Source of the DNA: Lobosporangium transversale | Lineage: Eukaryota | NCBI RefSeq assembly: GCF_002105155.1 | Contig: NW_019029010.1 | Span: 248,001 to 312,000, forward strand | Length of the DNA stretch: 64,000 nucleotides | Reading direction: 5' to 3' | Shown here: positions 35,601-47,359 of the stretch, in pieces | How positions within the stretch are numbered: position 1 is the first letter of the stretch | Layout of the letters: each line of letters starts with the position of its first letter | The notes under the pieces: model-generated | Database searches by the model: none | Told to the model about the DNA's origin: nothing | The model's input: only the letters and a program-made list of their open reading frames with translations | Program-made: the position numbers and the translations under genes

Positions 35601-37416
35601 GGAATCTGCTCTGGATCCACATATATGGTCCTGGCTCGATGGATAATAGCTGGCCAAGTCGAATAACATGACGACTTAAGCTTATTATCCGAGAGCCAGG
35701 ACCATATATGTCCCACCCTATACCCGCCCTTTTTCTTCAGTTTGACTATTTTTCCTGGCTCACTATCAAGAAGATGCAGATCCAACTTGGTAGCAGAGCA
35801 GATTTATATAGTTTATTTCTTTTATTTAAGGGTAGTTTTCTGAAAAGTTCGCTAAATTAGGCAATAAAAGAAGATAACACATATATGGTCCTGGCTCTCG
35901 GATAATAAGCTTAAGTCGTCATGTTATTCGACTTGGCCAGCTATTATAATATCTTGTCACACAATCTATTGAAAATAGTCAGATTAATGTTGGTCCCAGC
36001 CCACGTGGAGCATTTGATTTGCCAGAGTACACTCGCCTACTGATTTCACAAGAGAAGCAAGACCAGTTGTTACTCGATGATACAGTCTTTGGTCTGGCGC
36101 AAGTCCGAACAGACTTTGGACATCCCGCTACGTACACAACCAGCCAGGCTAGGGCAGAGGGACATAACGACTTTGAAATGATATCAGCAGCAGTTTTCAC
36201 TCTGTATTTGTGGAAGATCCAAGGAGCCAAGGTATTTTATCAGCTGTATGTTCGGTTCCTTGAAAAAAAAAAATAAAAAAATAAAAAAAAAATAAAGCAA
36301 AAACCTCACATCATATTCTTTCCCTTGATAGGACTTGGTGACATTTTTTAACGGCGAGGCTTTAGTGTTTTGACTTATGAAATTCGGGGATTATGTTGAT
36401 GGCACTCAAGTTGTTTGTTCAAGATGTCAAAAAACGGTCCATCGAAAAAAAAAAAAAAAAAAAAAACCAAGAATCATTGCAGAAGATGCGAAGAGATCAC
36501 AGGAGAACTTCAGAAAAGCATTGTTGATGAAGACAATGATGGGGCTCTTCAGACGGATGCGATAGTAGGATTACAACGACCCCATTCCGATATCGAAGAC
36601 ACTACAGACATCTGGACGAGCCTCTGTGGTTCAGTACCAACCAGTCAACGCTCGTGAACATGAACGCCTCTGTGTATCACATCAATGGGCGTGCAATGAT
36701 TCTCACCCAGAAGCACCGGAGCTCTTGCGATCCATCCTTCCAGAGCCCCACAAGATCTTGAAAGTCGACGCTGACCAGGGAAAGGTCAAAGTCAAAGCAG
36801 CAAAATTAGAAAGTCAGTTTCTGGAAACACACGAGCCAGCCACTCCCGAGCACCTCTCTGTAATAAAGGCTGGTGGGATGAAGAACTAACTTGCAGAGCT
36901 TTATTCAAGAGACAACTGGACAGACCCCATGCAGAATCACACGATGCTGTTCCATCAAGTGTCCCAACAGAAGAACTTTCCACTCGATACTCCAACCAGC
37001 TAAAAACCGTGAAGATGGATGATATTGGAATAAATAAAAAATTAGTGATTGGGCTCCGAGCATTCAACTACTTTGTTACATCTGGAATCAACAACGGCAG
37101 TGCCAGTGTCACTGTATATAATTCTTGAGCCTATAAAAGGCTTGTAATAATAATTTAATAAGAATCTCCTTTTGTCTTCACTACCTATTACAGCCAGAGT
37201 CGGCACTGGACGGTGCGCACACAGTTTGGAGATCAATGGCAGGACAAGGCTTTTTATCAAAAAAACGACAGAATGTCCTACTCTCAAACGACATTCTCTC
37301 CCTTGGTCAATTACGAAGTCACTTCGGCCAATCTTGCTTACAGCAAAACCCTTTAATAAGCACATTTTAAAAGGAAATAAAAAGTAAAAAAAAAAGAGAG
37401 ATGATTGTTCTTTCGA

Positions 37417-37617
37417 ACAAATCTATAGAACAATGGGCTTAATCTTAGCTGATCATAGCAACAAGGATACTCTACGACTTGCAGTACACCGTAACTTTAA
37501 AGTCGTCTGCGATGGATTTACCTCCAATATTTGAAATTAACATTAGCAGGCACCTCATGAAGCCTTTCCGCTCCACCAGATGACCCTGCGTAGCACGATT
37601 CAGGAGCGCCGAAGCTC
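37417..37617 (-). rRNA. Third, more diverged orphan LSU rRNA 3'-end fragment with 3'-ETS-like tail (37385-37416)
   Basis: Minus strand GGAGCGGAAAGGCTTCATGAGG...AAATCCATCGCAGACGAC...GTAGAGTATCCTTGTTGCTATGATCAGCTAAGATTAAG...GATTTGT, then TCGAAAGAACAATCATCTCTC(T)n, similar to 3839-3870. Confidence 0.88.
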
Positions 37618-39018
37618 CGCAGCTGTTGCCCTTTTTCTCCCTCTTTTTCTCTCTTTTTTTATTTTGTTTTTATTTTTTATTTTTTCAAACGACATTTTAT
37701 TGCCTGCCTTGCCTTCATTTATTCCATCCCACTTTTTCGTATTCTTCTGCTGAGTTCTCTTTCCGTGTCGAGAACCTAGGCTTAGGGCAAGGCAGAATGA
37801 CCTTTTCCAGACTAGGCAGAAGGGTGTGTGAGGGAATAGGAGATATGTGAACAGGAACAGGGATCAAGGAAAGCTTAGGAGTTTTATTCAAGATATCAGG
37901 TAAGGAACTGTTCTAGGTGGGATTGTGTTTCTATATATATATGTATATGTGTTTTATTCTGGGCTATGCTTATCGATGGACGTTCTTATCGATGGGCGTT
38001 CTTATCGATGGTGGCGCCGACTACGTGGAGAGCTTCTTCTTTCTTGGCTGGTGTGCGACACCATCTACGTCGACTGAAACCGAACAAAGCTCATAAAAAC
38101 ACGATGTCATGTGGACAGGATCGATAGTATTTTCTGAGAAATCGCGTCGTGGTGAAATAGTGGTTTGTCTTTCGTTGAATAGTAGACCGGGAAGAGGGTT
38201 GGCAAATATGGACAGTTTCCCGATGGGAACAGTGTCCAAAAACAGATGACCGAATTTGTCGCTTAATAAAAATTCTTCACAGAGATGAAATCGATGGCCT
38301 TGATGAATGAAGCAAGAAACCCACATGAACGAGAACGATGTCCGATCTAATTCAATGTTCCATGATTGTTCAATTGGTTTAAGATAGTCAAAGAAGTCGA
38401 GAAGGTCTATGAGGCCCAATAAAGTATCTTCAGAAGTAACATTGATTGGTATTGTAGCAGACTGTTTCCCATTAGAGGTCTCGAAAAGCACACAATCGAT
38501 GAGAAAAGTGCGAAGGGGATTGCGACGTGGACAATCGATAAGAAAAGTGCAAGCGTAATGACACATTTAAAAAAGGAATTGGTATGAGTGTAAAGATTTA
38601 TCATTTTTGCATCCAAGTTATAAGAGAATGAAAGCTTCACTGCATAATTATATTGCATCGCAAGAAGCGAGGCAATTCCGTGCATAAAATGGGTTGCAAT
38701 ATTGACACTTTATTTTCATCGCAAAAAGTGGGGCAAACTCGTGCATGAATTCCGTCGCATCTAGCGATGCAGGATAAAACAAAAAACAGTTCGTAATATT
38801 GTAATGTTTAAACACATGCTCAATTAAAAATGATAATAACCAATTCAAAAGACCATACTTTAAAATGAGATAAAAAGACAAGCCAAACTTCGCAGCAGAA
38901 TAAAAAACAAATATTTTAACAGTCACGCTTTTCAGGTTGGACAAATTGGTTTCATCTCTTTCATTTAATCATTAATTCATGAACCAATCTCCCTCAACAG
39001 CGACACCCACTTAATAGA

Positions 39019-39681
39019 ATGAACGAAGATTCTGAAGACTCCGGAGCTGAAGGCTGCACGTACAACAAATGTGACAAACATCTACCTCTCAATGACATTA
39101 GATCGAAGGATCTTAAAGATGATTTCAATGTTACATACAAGGGCCTCAATAAAGAAATGAAAGATCACTATGGCCGGTATCATAAAGACTCACCAGTCAT
39201 TTTTGACTATCCCATTGAAGATATCACCCGCAAAATGGAGGTCCGTCGAAATTCAGAAGTGGACTGGAACTATGTTTGTGTTTGTCGTAAATTCTATCGG
39301 GACCGAGCATCTGTACAAAGACACTTCAAAGACTGTAAATATCTAAAAAAATTGGCACCTTACATTGCAATTCAAATTCAGTCAGGGCCCATTTCAATTC
39401 CACTTCCATTCGACGTCCCTCCACCTATTAAACACAAACGAAAGAAAAGTAAAGTTGAAGATAGTGACATCAACACAGATATTATCCAATCAACCACAAT
39501 GCAACTTTTACATCTTCAAAAGAAGGTTGCGGAGCAAGAAGAAACGATCCAACGAATGCAGAAGGAATTGGAGCAATATTCTCATCAACATGCCGCTATG
39601 CAGCAATTAAAACAACAAATGGAGTACATGGAGAGCAAGATCAATGTTGGATATACCATATTGTCACAGTTAAAAAAATAA
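39019..39681 (+). CDS. Hypothetical 220-aa protein (CxC...H..C putative Zn site, basic NLS-like patch, C-terminal coiled coil)
   Basis: Single-exon ATG ORF with CVCRKFY...QRHFKDC and KHKRKK. Confidence 0.6.
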   Translation: MNEDSEDSGAEGCTYNKCDKHLPLNDIRSKDLKDDFNVTYKGLNKEMKDHYGRYHKDSPVIFDYPIEDITRKMEVRRNSEVDWNYVCVCRKFYRDRASVQRHFKDCKYLKKLAPYIAIQIQSGPISIPLPFDVPPPIKHKRKKSKVEDSDINTDIIQSTTMQLLHLQKKVAEQEETIQRMQKELEQYSHQHAAMQQLKQQMEYMESKINVGYTILSQLKK

Positions 39682-39914
39682 ATCATAATCCAAATAAATG
39701 TCTTGTCATATTTTTTTAAGTTCAATTGAATTGAAATAGGACCCTTTTGTACATTATGCAGCAGAAATATTTAACAGATGAAAACAATCACCATTCCGCG
39801 ACTTCAAGTTTGCATGAAAATAAAAAATATCCCGCGATGCATAAAAGCCGCAACTCCAATCATGCAAAAAACGATAACGCTTTTTTGCGACGGAAGCAAA
39901 CAACATTAGATGAT

Positions 39915-40247
39915 TGTGTTTGTTTATTTACGTCTGAAAAAAAGTATATTATTTTGTATATGCATGGAGTTGTTGAACTTTATACGCCGCAAAGAGTGTG
40001 TTATTTTCATGCAAACATGAAGTCGGGGTCTGATGATTGGTTTCATCTGTTTTTTTTGCGCGCACCGTCATAAATGTGCAAAGATGACTCATATTTTGAG
40101 GTGCGGCGTAAAAAAAAGATGAAACCAATCATCAGACCCCGACTTCATGTTTGCATGAAAATAACACACTTCCTGCGGCGCAATAAAAACAGCAACTCGA
40201 TGTATACACACAAAAATATACTTTTTTGCAGCGTAAACAAACACAAC
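39915..40247. repeat. Long hairpin/inverted repeat within an array of degenerate AACCAATCA-containing units (~39780-40490)
   Basis: GTGTGTTATTTTCATGCAAACATGAAGTCGGGGTCTGATGATTGGTTTCATCT has an exact reverse complement starting at ~40117; imperfect pairing extends outward. Confidence 0.9.
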
Positions 40248-41189
40248 GAGATTCATGCATCAAGATGACTCATTTTTTGAGATGCAAATAAAAGACAAAA
40301 CCAATCACAACACAACAATGTCATTTTTTGTGACGAGATTATAAATAGAACCAATCATCACTCTGCAACTTTATGCATATCTAAAAGAGAGTCATTTTCT
40401 GCGGCGTCAGCGGATAAATAAAACCAATCACCACACTGCAACGTTGTGCGTGCACAAAAATAAAACGATTTACTGCGGTGCAAACAAAACGTCATGATGT
40501 CTATTTAAAAAATAACAGATCTCGAATGTAATCTCATCCACCTCATGCCTCTTGCTAATCTCACCCAAAAGATAAGTATTTTTTCATCGTTTCAGAAGCC
40601 ACTTGGTAATCGATGTTTCATCGTTGTGCTGGAGGAATGAAAAGCTGCTCCAATTAGGGACCGGTGCTTTTGTCATTTCAATTTGAAGTGATTAGAAGCT
40701 GTATGTTGCGATCCATTGAGTGAATGTAACAAAGAACATTCTTCTAAAAAGCACACCATCAGTGAAAAGCTACTCCCAGGAGGGACTGGTGTCCTCTGTG
40801 CATCCTTTTTGCTACTGCGAAGGCAATGTTGAAGAGGACTAAGGCGTCTTTGTGACAGCATTGCACCGAAAAACACTGAGAGATGGAAAAATAATTCGAG
40901 TTTTAATTTTTTTTTTTATTCATGCATCTAACTTAATTAAATCGTCTATGATGAATCTAACAATTAGGGAGGAGGGTATCCCAATGAATCTCCTTTAGAT
41001 CAAGCACAATGATCTAGTTAGTCTGAGGCGAATTTAATAAATAAATATGTTTTGAAATGAATATCGCTTTTTCTATTCGTGCAACTGGGTTGCAGTATGA
41101 TAATGAATTGGTACATTTTCAATTCAATAAAGTATTGTAAATATTTTTTTCATTGGCTGTGAAGCCAACCGTAGTAAATAAAGTTATTA

Positions 41190-43531
41190 GAGTCCTCGCC
41201 AAAAAGTCATAAACTGGATATATTTTTCAGGCTTTTAAATTGAATAGAATACCTCCACTTTTAGACGCAGGAAAAATACGTACAAACTCAAAATTTTAAT
41301 TTTTACGAGAGCGTTTTCGATTGATAAGAGGCTCGTCCTCAGACTCGCTATCCTCTATCACATTAAACATGCTTCCAGCATCTAGCGTAAGATCCACTAT
41401 CTCAGGGCCTAGGGTAACAGCTTCAGCTCGCTCTTGATTTAGTACTCTAATGAGTTCTGCATCCCACTCACTATTGTCGACTTTGAAAGTGTCACTAAGG
41501 TCCACAATAGGCTCGTTTTCATCAAAAACCTCTTGATAAACCTCTTCGACTATTTCTTCCTGTGCATGACTCCTCTCGTTATAGTATCTCATGCCAATTT
41601 TCACAGACTTCTTCCATACAGAGTAAAAGACTTTACACGGAATCTGGGAAAACAAGCTTAGTAGCCTTTTTTTCAGCAAGATGGATGTCATTGTCACCAT
41701 TGCTCTCGAGGCAATTATGTTTTTCACAACTGCCCAGATCTTCTCAATAGGTTGTAGCTCGCAATGGTAGGGTGGAGTCTTGAGGATTTCATGTCCACCA
41801 TTCTCCTGGGCTATTTTACTGATAGAGAAATACGACTCATCAGGAAGAGCGTTAACCAATTCCATAAGCTCGTTTTTGTTCAGTGCTTTTCCATTTTCCC
41901 TTGTTGGAATAACAATCTCCTTGCCCGTGAGCCACTCTTTGATAGTTTTCACAGTGTCGCTCTTGGTTGGTTTCCTGTTTTTCTTGTGAAAGTGATATGA
42001 AGCGCCATCAAGATGGATTTTACAAGGGCCAAGTCCCATCTTATTGAGATTCTCACAAAGTCGCTTAAAGATACTATCGAACAAACTAGCGTTGAAGTTT
42101 CCATGATAATCGTGATCTGTTGCCACGACCCCTGCATTCCTGATCTCCTCAGGTACGTCATCCCACAGTTCAGCCTCCTGCTCTTGGCCTTTTTTTGATT
42201 GAGGCTTTGGTCCCTTTGATGGCCAAACATACACGCTATCATTAACGAATTTGCCTTCAACCTTTTTAGCAGCTTCATCATAATATACAATGAAGGCTGC
42301 AAATATAACCATGATTGGTTTCCTTCCTGCATCGTTAATGACACCACCGCCACTTTGCACCCAACGTCTTGCTGCAGCATGGTCAATGTGGCAGTAAGAC
42401 TCGTCCAAGAAGACCTCTGGAGTCCTAGGCACCCAACTGCCGTCTACTAGTTTTAAATTCTTAAGACGGCGCTTCAGGTAAGTAGCTCGGAAGGCAATAT
42501 TCTCCTTGGAGTCGTGCAAAAAGTTCTGTCGGATCCCTTTGCCCCAATACAGTCCCATTTTACGGAGGTCGCGAGTGATTGATCTTGCTGATCTGTCGAT
42601 TTCAAAGTCTTCTTTCAGTTGGTTTGCAATTAAACCCGCAGAATTAGGAGTCCCGCTCTTGTTTGATTCAACTATGATATTCAGCACCTTCGAGTTTAAA
42701 TCCCCGTCCGCTTCTTTTTTAGGGCGTCCAGTTCTTCCTCGCCCTGTCATTTCGACGATGCCTGTTTGTGCATATTTAATTGCTGCCACACAAGTGTTTC
42801 TCCCTACACCCATCAGAATCGAAAGGTCCATTGCTCTGTTGTCTGTCTTCTTAAACCAGTCTTGGACTGCTGGTGGCGCATTCATTATAGCATTATATGT
42901 ATGAGCTATTATCGCGTATTCGTCTTTAGTAACGGACGCTTTACTGCGTGTAAATGCCTTTTTTCTCTCTCCAGTTTGTTTGTCTGACAAGAATGGATTT
43001 AAATCGAGGGTATTGGGACGCTCACCGAATTGCTCTAATGAGGTAGAACTCCTTGGCTCGTTTCTGGGAGGAGTAATCCATTGATATTCGGTAGGAGACC
43101 TAATAGGGGAGAGATCGGCTTCAGTGGGCAGTTGTGGCGATCTTCGAGGCGGAGTGAAGGGTGTGCCTGAAATCATTTGGTCGATATTTCCTTCGCTATA
43201 CCAACCACCAAGATCGTTGTATGAGAGTAGGTTATTGATATCAAAAGGGAAAGACATTTTACTATCTGAAGATTGCGAATAAAGTAGGTTGACAATGAGG
43301 ATGAGATCGAGAATGAGATTGAGAATGATGTTGCCCATTTCTCGCAAATTCTAATATTTCTAATTAAAAACGAAGATTGAATTGGTTTGGTGGCCATGCA
43401 TCTAATTCATTCCTTCTATTCAAAAAATATATGCATTTTTGTCTTCGTACGTAAATTTTTATTTTTCAAATTTTTAATTCAAATTGAGTATTGTAAAATA
43501 TATCCAGTTTATGACTTTTTGGCGAGGACTC
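41190..43531 (-). mobile_element. IS630-Tc1-mariner DNA transposon, Sailor-like (long DD-E spacing)
   Basis: 37-bp perfect TIRs GAGTCCTCGCCAAAAAGTCATAAACTGGATATATTTT (41190-41226, 43495-43531); TA on the left flank, CA on the right. Confidence 0.9.
41296..43338 (-). CDS. DD87E transposase (intact ORF; start Met could be 43338 or 43257)
   Basis: VFLDESY, IHLDGASYH, PPYHCELQPIEKIW; 87 residues counted between the second D and the E. Confidence 0.9.
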   Translation of the reverse strand: MGNIILNLILDLILIVNLLYSQSSDSKMSFPFDINNLLSYNDLGGWYSEGNIDQMISGTPFTPPRRSPQLPTEADLSPIRSPTEYQWITPPRNEPRSSTSLEQFGERPNTLDLNPFLSDKQTGERKKAFTRSKASVTKDEYAIIAHTYNAIMNAPPAVQDWFKKTDNRAMDLSILMGVGRNTCVAAIKYAQTGIVEMTGRGRTGRPKKEADGDLNSKVLNIIVESNKSGTPNSAGLIANQLKEDFEIDRSARSITRDLRKMGLYWGKGIRQNFLHDSKENIAFRATYLKRRLKNLKLVDGSWVPRTPEVFLDESYCHIDHAAARRWVQSGGGVINDAGRKPIMVIFAAFIVYYDEAAKKVEGKFVNDSVYVWPSKGPKPQSKKGQEQEAELWDDVPEEIRNAGVVATDHDYHGNFNASLFDSIFKRLCENLNKMGLGPCKIHLDGASYHFHKKNRKPTKSDTVKTIKEWLTGKEIVIPTRENGKALNKNELMELVNALPDESYFSISKIAQENGGHEILKTPPYHCELQPIEKIWAVVKNIIASRAMVTMTSILLKKRLLSLFSQIPCKVFYSVWKKSVKIGMRYYNERSHAQEEIVEEVYQEVFDENEPIVDLSDTFKVDNSEWDAELIRVLNQERAEAVTLGPEIVDLTLDAGSMFNVIEDSESEDEPLINRKRSRKN

Positions 43532-43732
43532 CATAAGCTTTCTTAAATGGTTGAATTGAAATTGAATAATCTACTGCTCCAATACTCTACAAGCGGCATA
43601 AAAAAAGCAATATAAATTTAGGGCACTACCAAATGCCATCTTTAAAAAAAAACTTTCCCATTATTTTAAATTTTTAAATTAAAACCATATCTCATCGCAT
43701 CCATTCCTTTTCATTTTTCAAAGCACCACATC

Positions 43733-45860
43733 ATGGCTCGCCGTTCACAGTTCTTTATGGAATGCTCAGTCGAACACTGGTCAGACTTGGCCATGTTTAT
43801 CTCGTACTCAGTAAAAAATAATCCTTCTGAGCCACCAGAGAAGCATCTGAAGTTGTATCAGTCTTCTCTTCGTGCAATATTGAAAGATTCAGCTTCGCCT
43901 GTGGAGCAAAAGGATATCGCTGAGAAGCTGGTCGTTGAAGTGAAGGTTAGTGAAATGAATGTTGACATTCCTTGCAATCTAAAAAGTAGTACCATTAAGT
44001 AATTCAATGATACAGCTAGAGCACATGCGAAGCGCGTGGGAAGCTACTGGAGAAAAGTCTTCGAAACGGAAGGGGGATGGGACAGAGGGGAGGGTCTCGA
44101 GATTCGCCGAGCCATGGCTTTCCTTCCTGTATCATTTGAGAGCTAAGGTATTTTTCTCGCCTCGTTAAAACAAGATGTATTGAGATATGGGATGAAAACA
44201 CATTTTAATCTTTAGTTGTGTTGGTAGGTGAAAGGACAGCCTCAAAGCACCATCGTTAGGTCTACAGACCATCTGAGCAAACTGCATGTTAATATTTATG
44301 ACTTTGTCTACGCTCGTCTGTCTCAAAAGGAACAGCTGTCAAGAGTGGTCGAGCTTGATGTATGGTATGTTTGCTAAATATTTTTTATTTTATTTTATTT
44401 TATTTTATTTTATTTTATTTTTAATATTGCCACAAAGGTCAATTTGCCAAACATGGTTCTATTATGTGAACATACGTAGTGTTGCACTTTCCGGAATTAT
44501 AAACGCAAGAATGCAGGATCCTCAGATTTACTTTGATATAGGCCTATTGAACGAGATTCGAGAGAAATGCGTACAACTAGATTTCTCCGATCCCAGTAAA
44601 ATTGATGGACTAGAAGAGGCAATGGAGGAGCTAAAAAAAGCAGCTGAAGTGACTGAAGAAGATGGAGTTATAAATTTAAATCGACTTTCAGATAAGATGA
44701 ATGAGTTGATGGTAGTGAAGACTGAGATCCATGGTGGGATCCGCAAGGCAATTTTTTCTGCAGTTTATTACCTGTAAGTTGGTTTCAGAGATGACTAAAC
44801 CATTTATGGATATAGTTCTACTTAGGCGAAAGGCGAAGGACTTAACAATGTTTTTTGAATAACACTAGGGCGTTGAGAAAGCCGAGCTCGTCGATGTCAG
44901 AATCCAAGGTTGTTTCCATTTGGGAGTTTGTTCTAAGTTGTTTCACTGGCCATAACCTGAATTTTGAAAGGTAGGGGAGTGACAATTGGCGGATCCCATG
45001 AAGATAGTTACTATGGCTTGGAGGAAATATACTGATATTACACTCAAAATATATTTATTAGTGGGGAGCTTGTTAGCAAAGCATCCAGATACCAGAGCGA
45101 GATCCTCGGAGAAGAACTGAACACGGAAACCACCACCTCAGTTTACGGGAAGAAGGTCGATCTACAGTTACGAATTGAAGATGATTTAGAACTGAACAAT
45201 AGTGAGTTCAAGAAGTGCTCCACTTCTCAACAGAAGCTTGATTGCCAGTTCAGAAAAAATTTATTGATCAACCATTCCATGATGCTGCATTTGGAGGACA
45301 AGATTGGATGGTCCTGGGAAGATTCGCATTTATTAGCAATGGATGTTCATGGTAAGTAACATGATAGACTTTTATTTACGGAAATATATCCATCATCATC
45401 CACCTTCTCATCAATCAATTTGTGATAGGATGGACAGCAACTGTTTTCTGCTTGAAGCGCATGGAGGATGTCTTTGTCTGTGATTTAGTGACAGACCATG
45501 CCCTCGTGTTGCCCCACTGCAACACGTCATGGAGCGAGTTCCTTTTGGGCAAAGGCGAGACGATTGCTGCATTATGGAATTACTCGGTAGGTCAATGTTA
45601 TATTACAGAAGAAAATATCATTCAAGTTCTCATTACGAATACCATCAATGCTTTAATAGAAATACTTGGAAAGCTTTGTGAGAGATGCTCGGAAGATGAA
45701 GTTTAGGCATGAAAACAAGAAAGCCACGGCATATCGTCGTTCGATTATATGCCAGCCAAAGTCTTTAGGACAATTTACAATATTTCCCCCAACAAAGTCC
45801 CGTTCAATGATGGATGCAAGTTGTAGCCTGACTTCCAGCAATTCAATGAATGAAGTATAA
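43733..45860 (+). pseudogene. Multi-exon PD-(D/E)xK REase-fold gene, probably degenerate in its 5' exons
   Basis: Exon ~45062-45351 reads GELVSKAS...YGKKVDLQL...LNNSEFKK...QFRKNLLINHSM...LAMDVHG, then WTATVFCLK...VFVC...LVLP. Exon 2 has a stop in the expected frame. Confidence 0.6.
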
Positions 45861-46348
45861 TAAACAGCATGGGCAAGATAAATAGAATATATTTTTAAAA
45901 TACAACCTTTGAATCAAAGTTTAATCAAGAATGAAGGCTGATCCAATGAATAATTTTTTGAATTGAGGTTATTTTATCCAATTTAAAACTTGAACATTGT
46001 AACAATGAAATGTGTAGTTTTTTTGCTCCACAAAAAGTGGGGCATTGTAATGCATGATATGCGTCGCATCCTAGCCATAACAAGGGGTTTTTGTTTGCGT
46101 CGCAAAAAGAGAAACATTGTGATGCATGATTTGAGTTGCGCCTTGCCATAACAGAGGCTCTCTGTTTGCATCGCAAGCAAAGAGGTATTGTTATGCATAA
46201 TATTCGGCGCATCATTAGAGACGCTTTGTTTGCGCCGGGAAAAGTGGCATGAAGGGAGTCGCAGTTTAGTAGCGGCAAGAAAGAAAAGTATAAAAAGATA
46301 ATTTGCAACCCTCAACACCCCCAACAATCAAAACATTAACTCACTCAA

Positions 46349-46951
46349 ATGGCAGCAAAATCCCTACCACACCAAATAAAAACAAAAAACACTCCCATTC
46401 AGAATGAACTGGACAAACCGCTTGGTGCGCCTTTATCAAGTGCTTGTCCATCATCAGAGGCAGGCCCATCCTCAGAAGCAGAGACAGATCCATCATCAGA
46501 GGCAGGCCTATCCTCAGAAGCAGAGACAGATCCATCGTTAGAGGCAGATCCATCGTTAGAAGCGGGCCCTGCAAAGATTGGAAACAATCAAGGTGCAAAG
46601 TCATTAGCGGAGGAAAGCTTTCCATCAAATCCTGACAAAAAAGTCCACTTTCTAGAGCAAGAGCTTCCATCCCTAGTAGATTCAGAAACAGATGAACGCT
46701 GGTCGAGTAGATCTCTCCTTACGGTGCGAAAGAAAGAACTCCGATTCTTTTCACAAGCCATCGTGAAACAGTACAAGAGAATGTTGGACCCTGAGGCGGA
46801 AGAGGGAGACCGAAAAAGGGCGAGGCAGACGCTCAATGACCTGGAAACACGAGAAGCAGTGACCCAAGCCCAATTTCAGATCGAGCAATTAACTCGATAT
46901 TCTGAGCAATACCATCAGGCGCTGACAGAACGACGCGCAAAAATGCAATAG
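46349..46951 (+). CDS. Hypothetical 200-aa protein with PSSEAG/ETD tandem repeats and C-terminal coiled coil
   Basis: Single-exon ATG ORF; repeats at ~46445-46570 preserve frame. Confidence 0.6.
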   Translation: MAAKSLPHQIKTKNTPIQNELDKPLGAPLSSACPSSEAGPSSEAETDPSSEAGLSSEAETDPSLEADPSLEAGPAKIGNNQGAKSLAEESFPSNPDKKVHFLEQELPSLVDSETDERWSSRSLLTVRKKELRFFSQAIVKQYKRMLDPEAEEGDRKRARQTLNDLETREAVTQAQFQIEQLTRYSEQYHQALTERRAKMQ

Positions 46952-47359
46952 AAATGTAGAAACATAGAAATAAGAAAAAAAACGAAAAGCATATGTTATA
47001 TTAATAAAAACTTTCAGTTGTTGGTTGTTGCTACAGTATATAGTCCTGAGCCTATAAAAGACTTGTAATAGTAGTTTAATAAAAACACCTTTTGTCTTAA
47101 TCCCTGGAAAATAAGACATGCTGAAATTTATATTATATAGACTAGGAGTGTTAAATTAATATCCTTTTGTACGTGTACATATGTACGTGAGATCTAATAT
47201 GCATTTAGACGAAATACTAGACGGGCGACCCGTGGCTTCGCTCACGGTCGCTCCAGTCTAGGCTTTGCCTCGTGAGGCTCATTTACCCTCGTTGGGGTTC
47301 CAATAAAATTGAACGTTTTTGACACAAAGGTTTCTTTTTTATTTATTAGGTATTAAATA

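Larger units (their letters stand above)
31683..35947 (+). mobile_element. Complete DIRS1-type tyrosine-recombinase retrotransposon
   Basis: ITRs at ~31693-31821 and ~35768-35897, with right extension to 35947. The internal complementary region ~35618-35711 is the reverse complement of both outer ends, joined at ATTAT, which occurs at both termini. gag, RT/RH/MT and YR frames are intact. Confidence 0.95.
31113..36889 (+). pseudogene. Degenerate multi-exon gene of unknown family, interrupted by the DIRS element inside an intron
   Basis: Exon-like frame 31393-31664 (EEITGKLYKFIDG...VFKRIY) ends at GT 31665. After the DIRS, AG at ~35978 precedes an open frame QINVGPSPRGAFDLPEY. Later exons are frameshifted and the outer limits are uncertain. 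Confidence 0.4.

Noticed and set aside
3497..37617. Functional rDNA unit
   Set aside because: Only 200-480 bp LSU pieces, in mixed orientations; no SSU, 5.8S or ITS.
37700..38566. LTR retrotransposon remnant (TGGCGCC PBS-like site, CTTATCGATGG x3, ORF 38021-38566)
   Set aside because: No paired LTR, TG..CA ends, TSD or gag/pol motifs could be identified.
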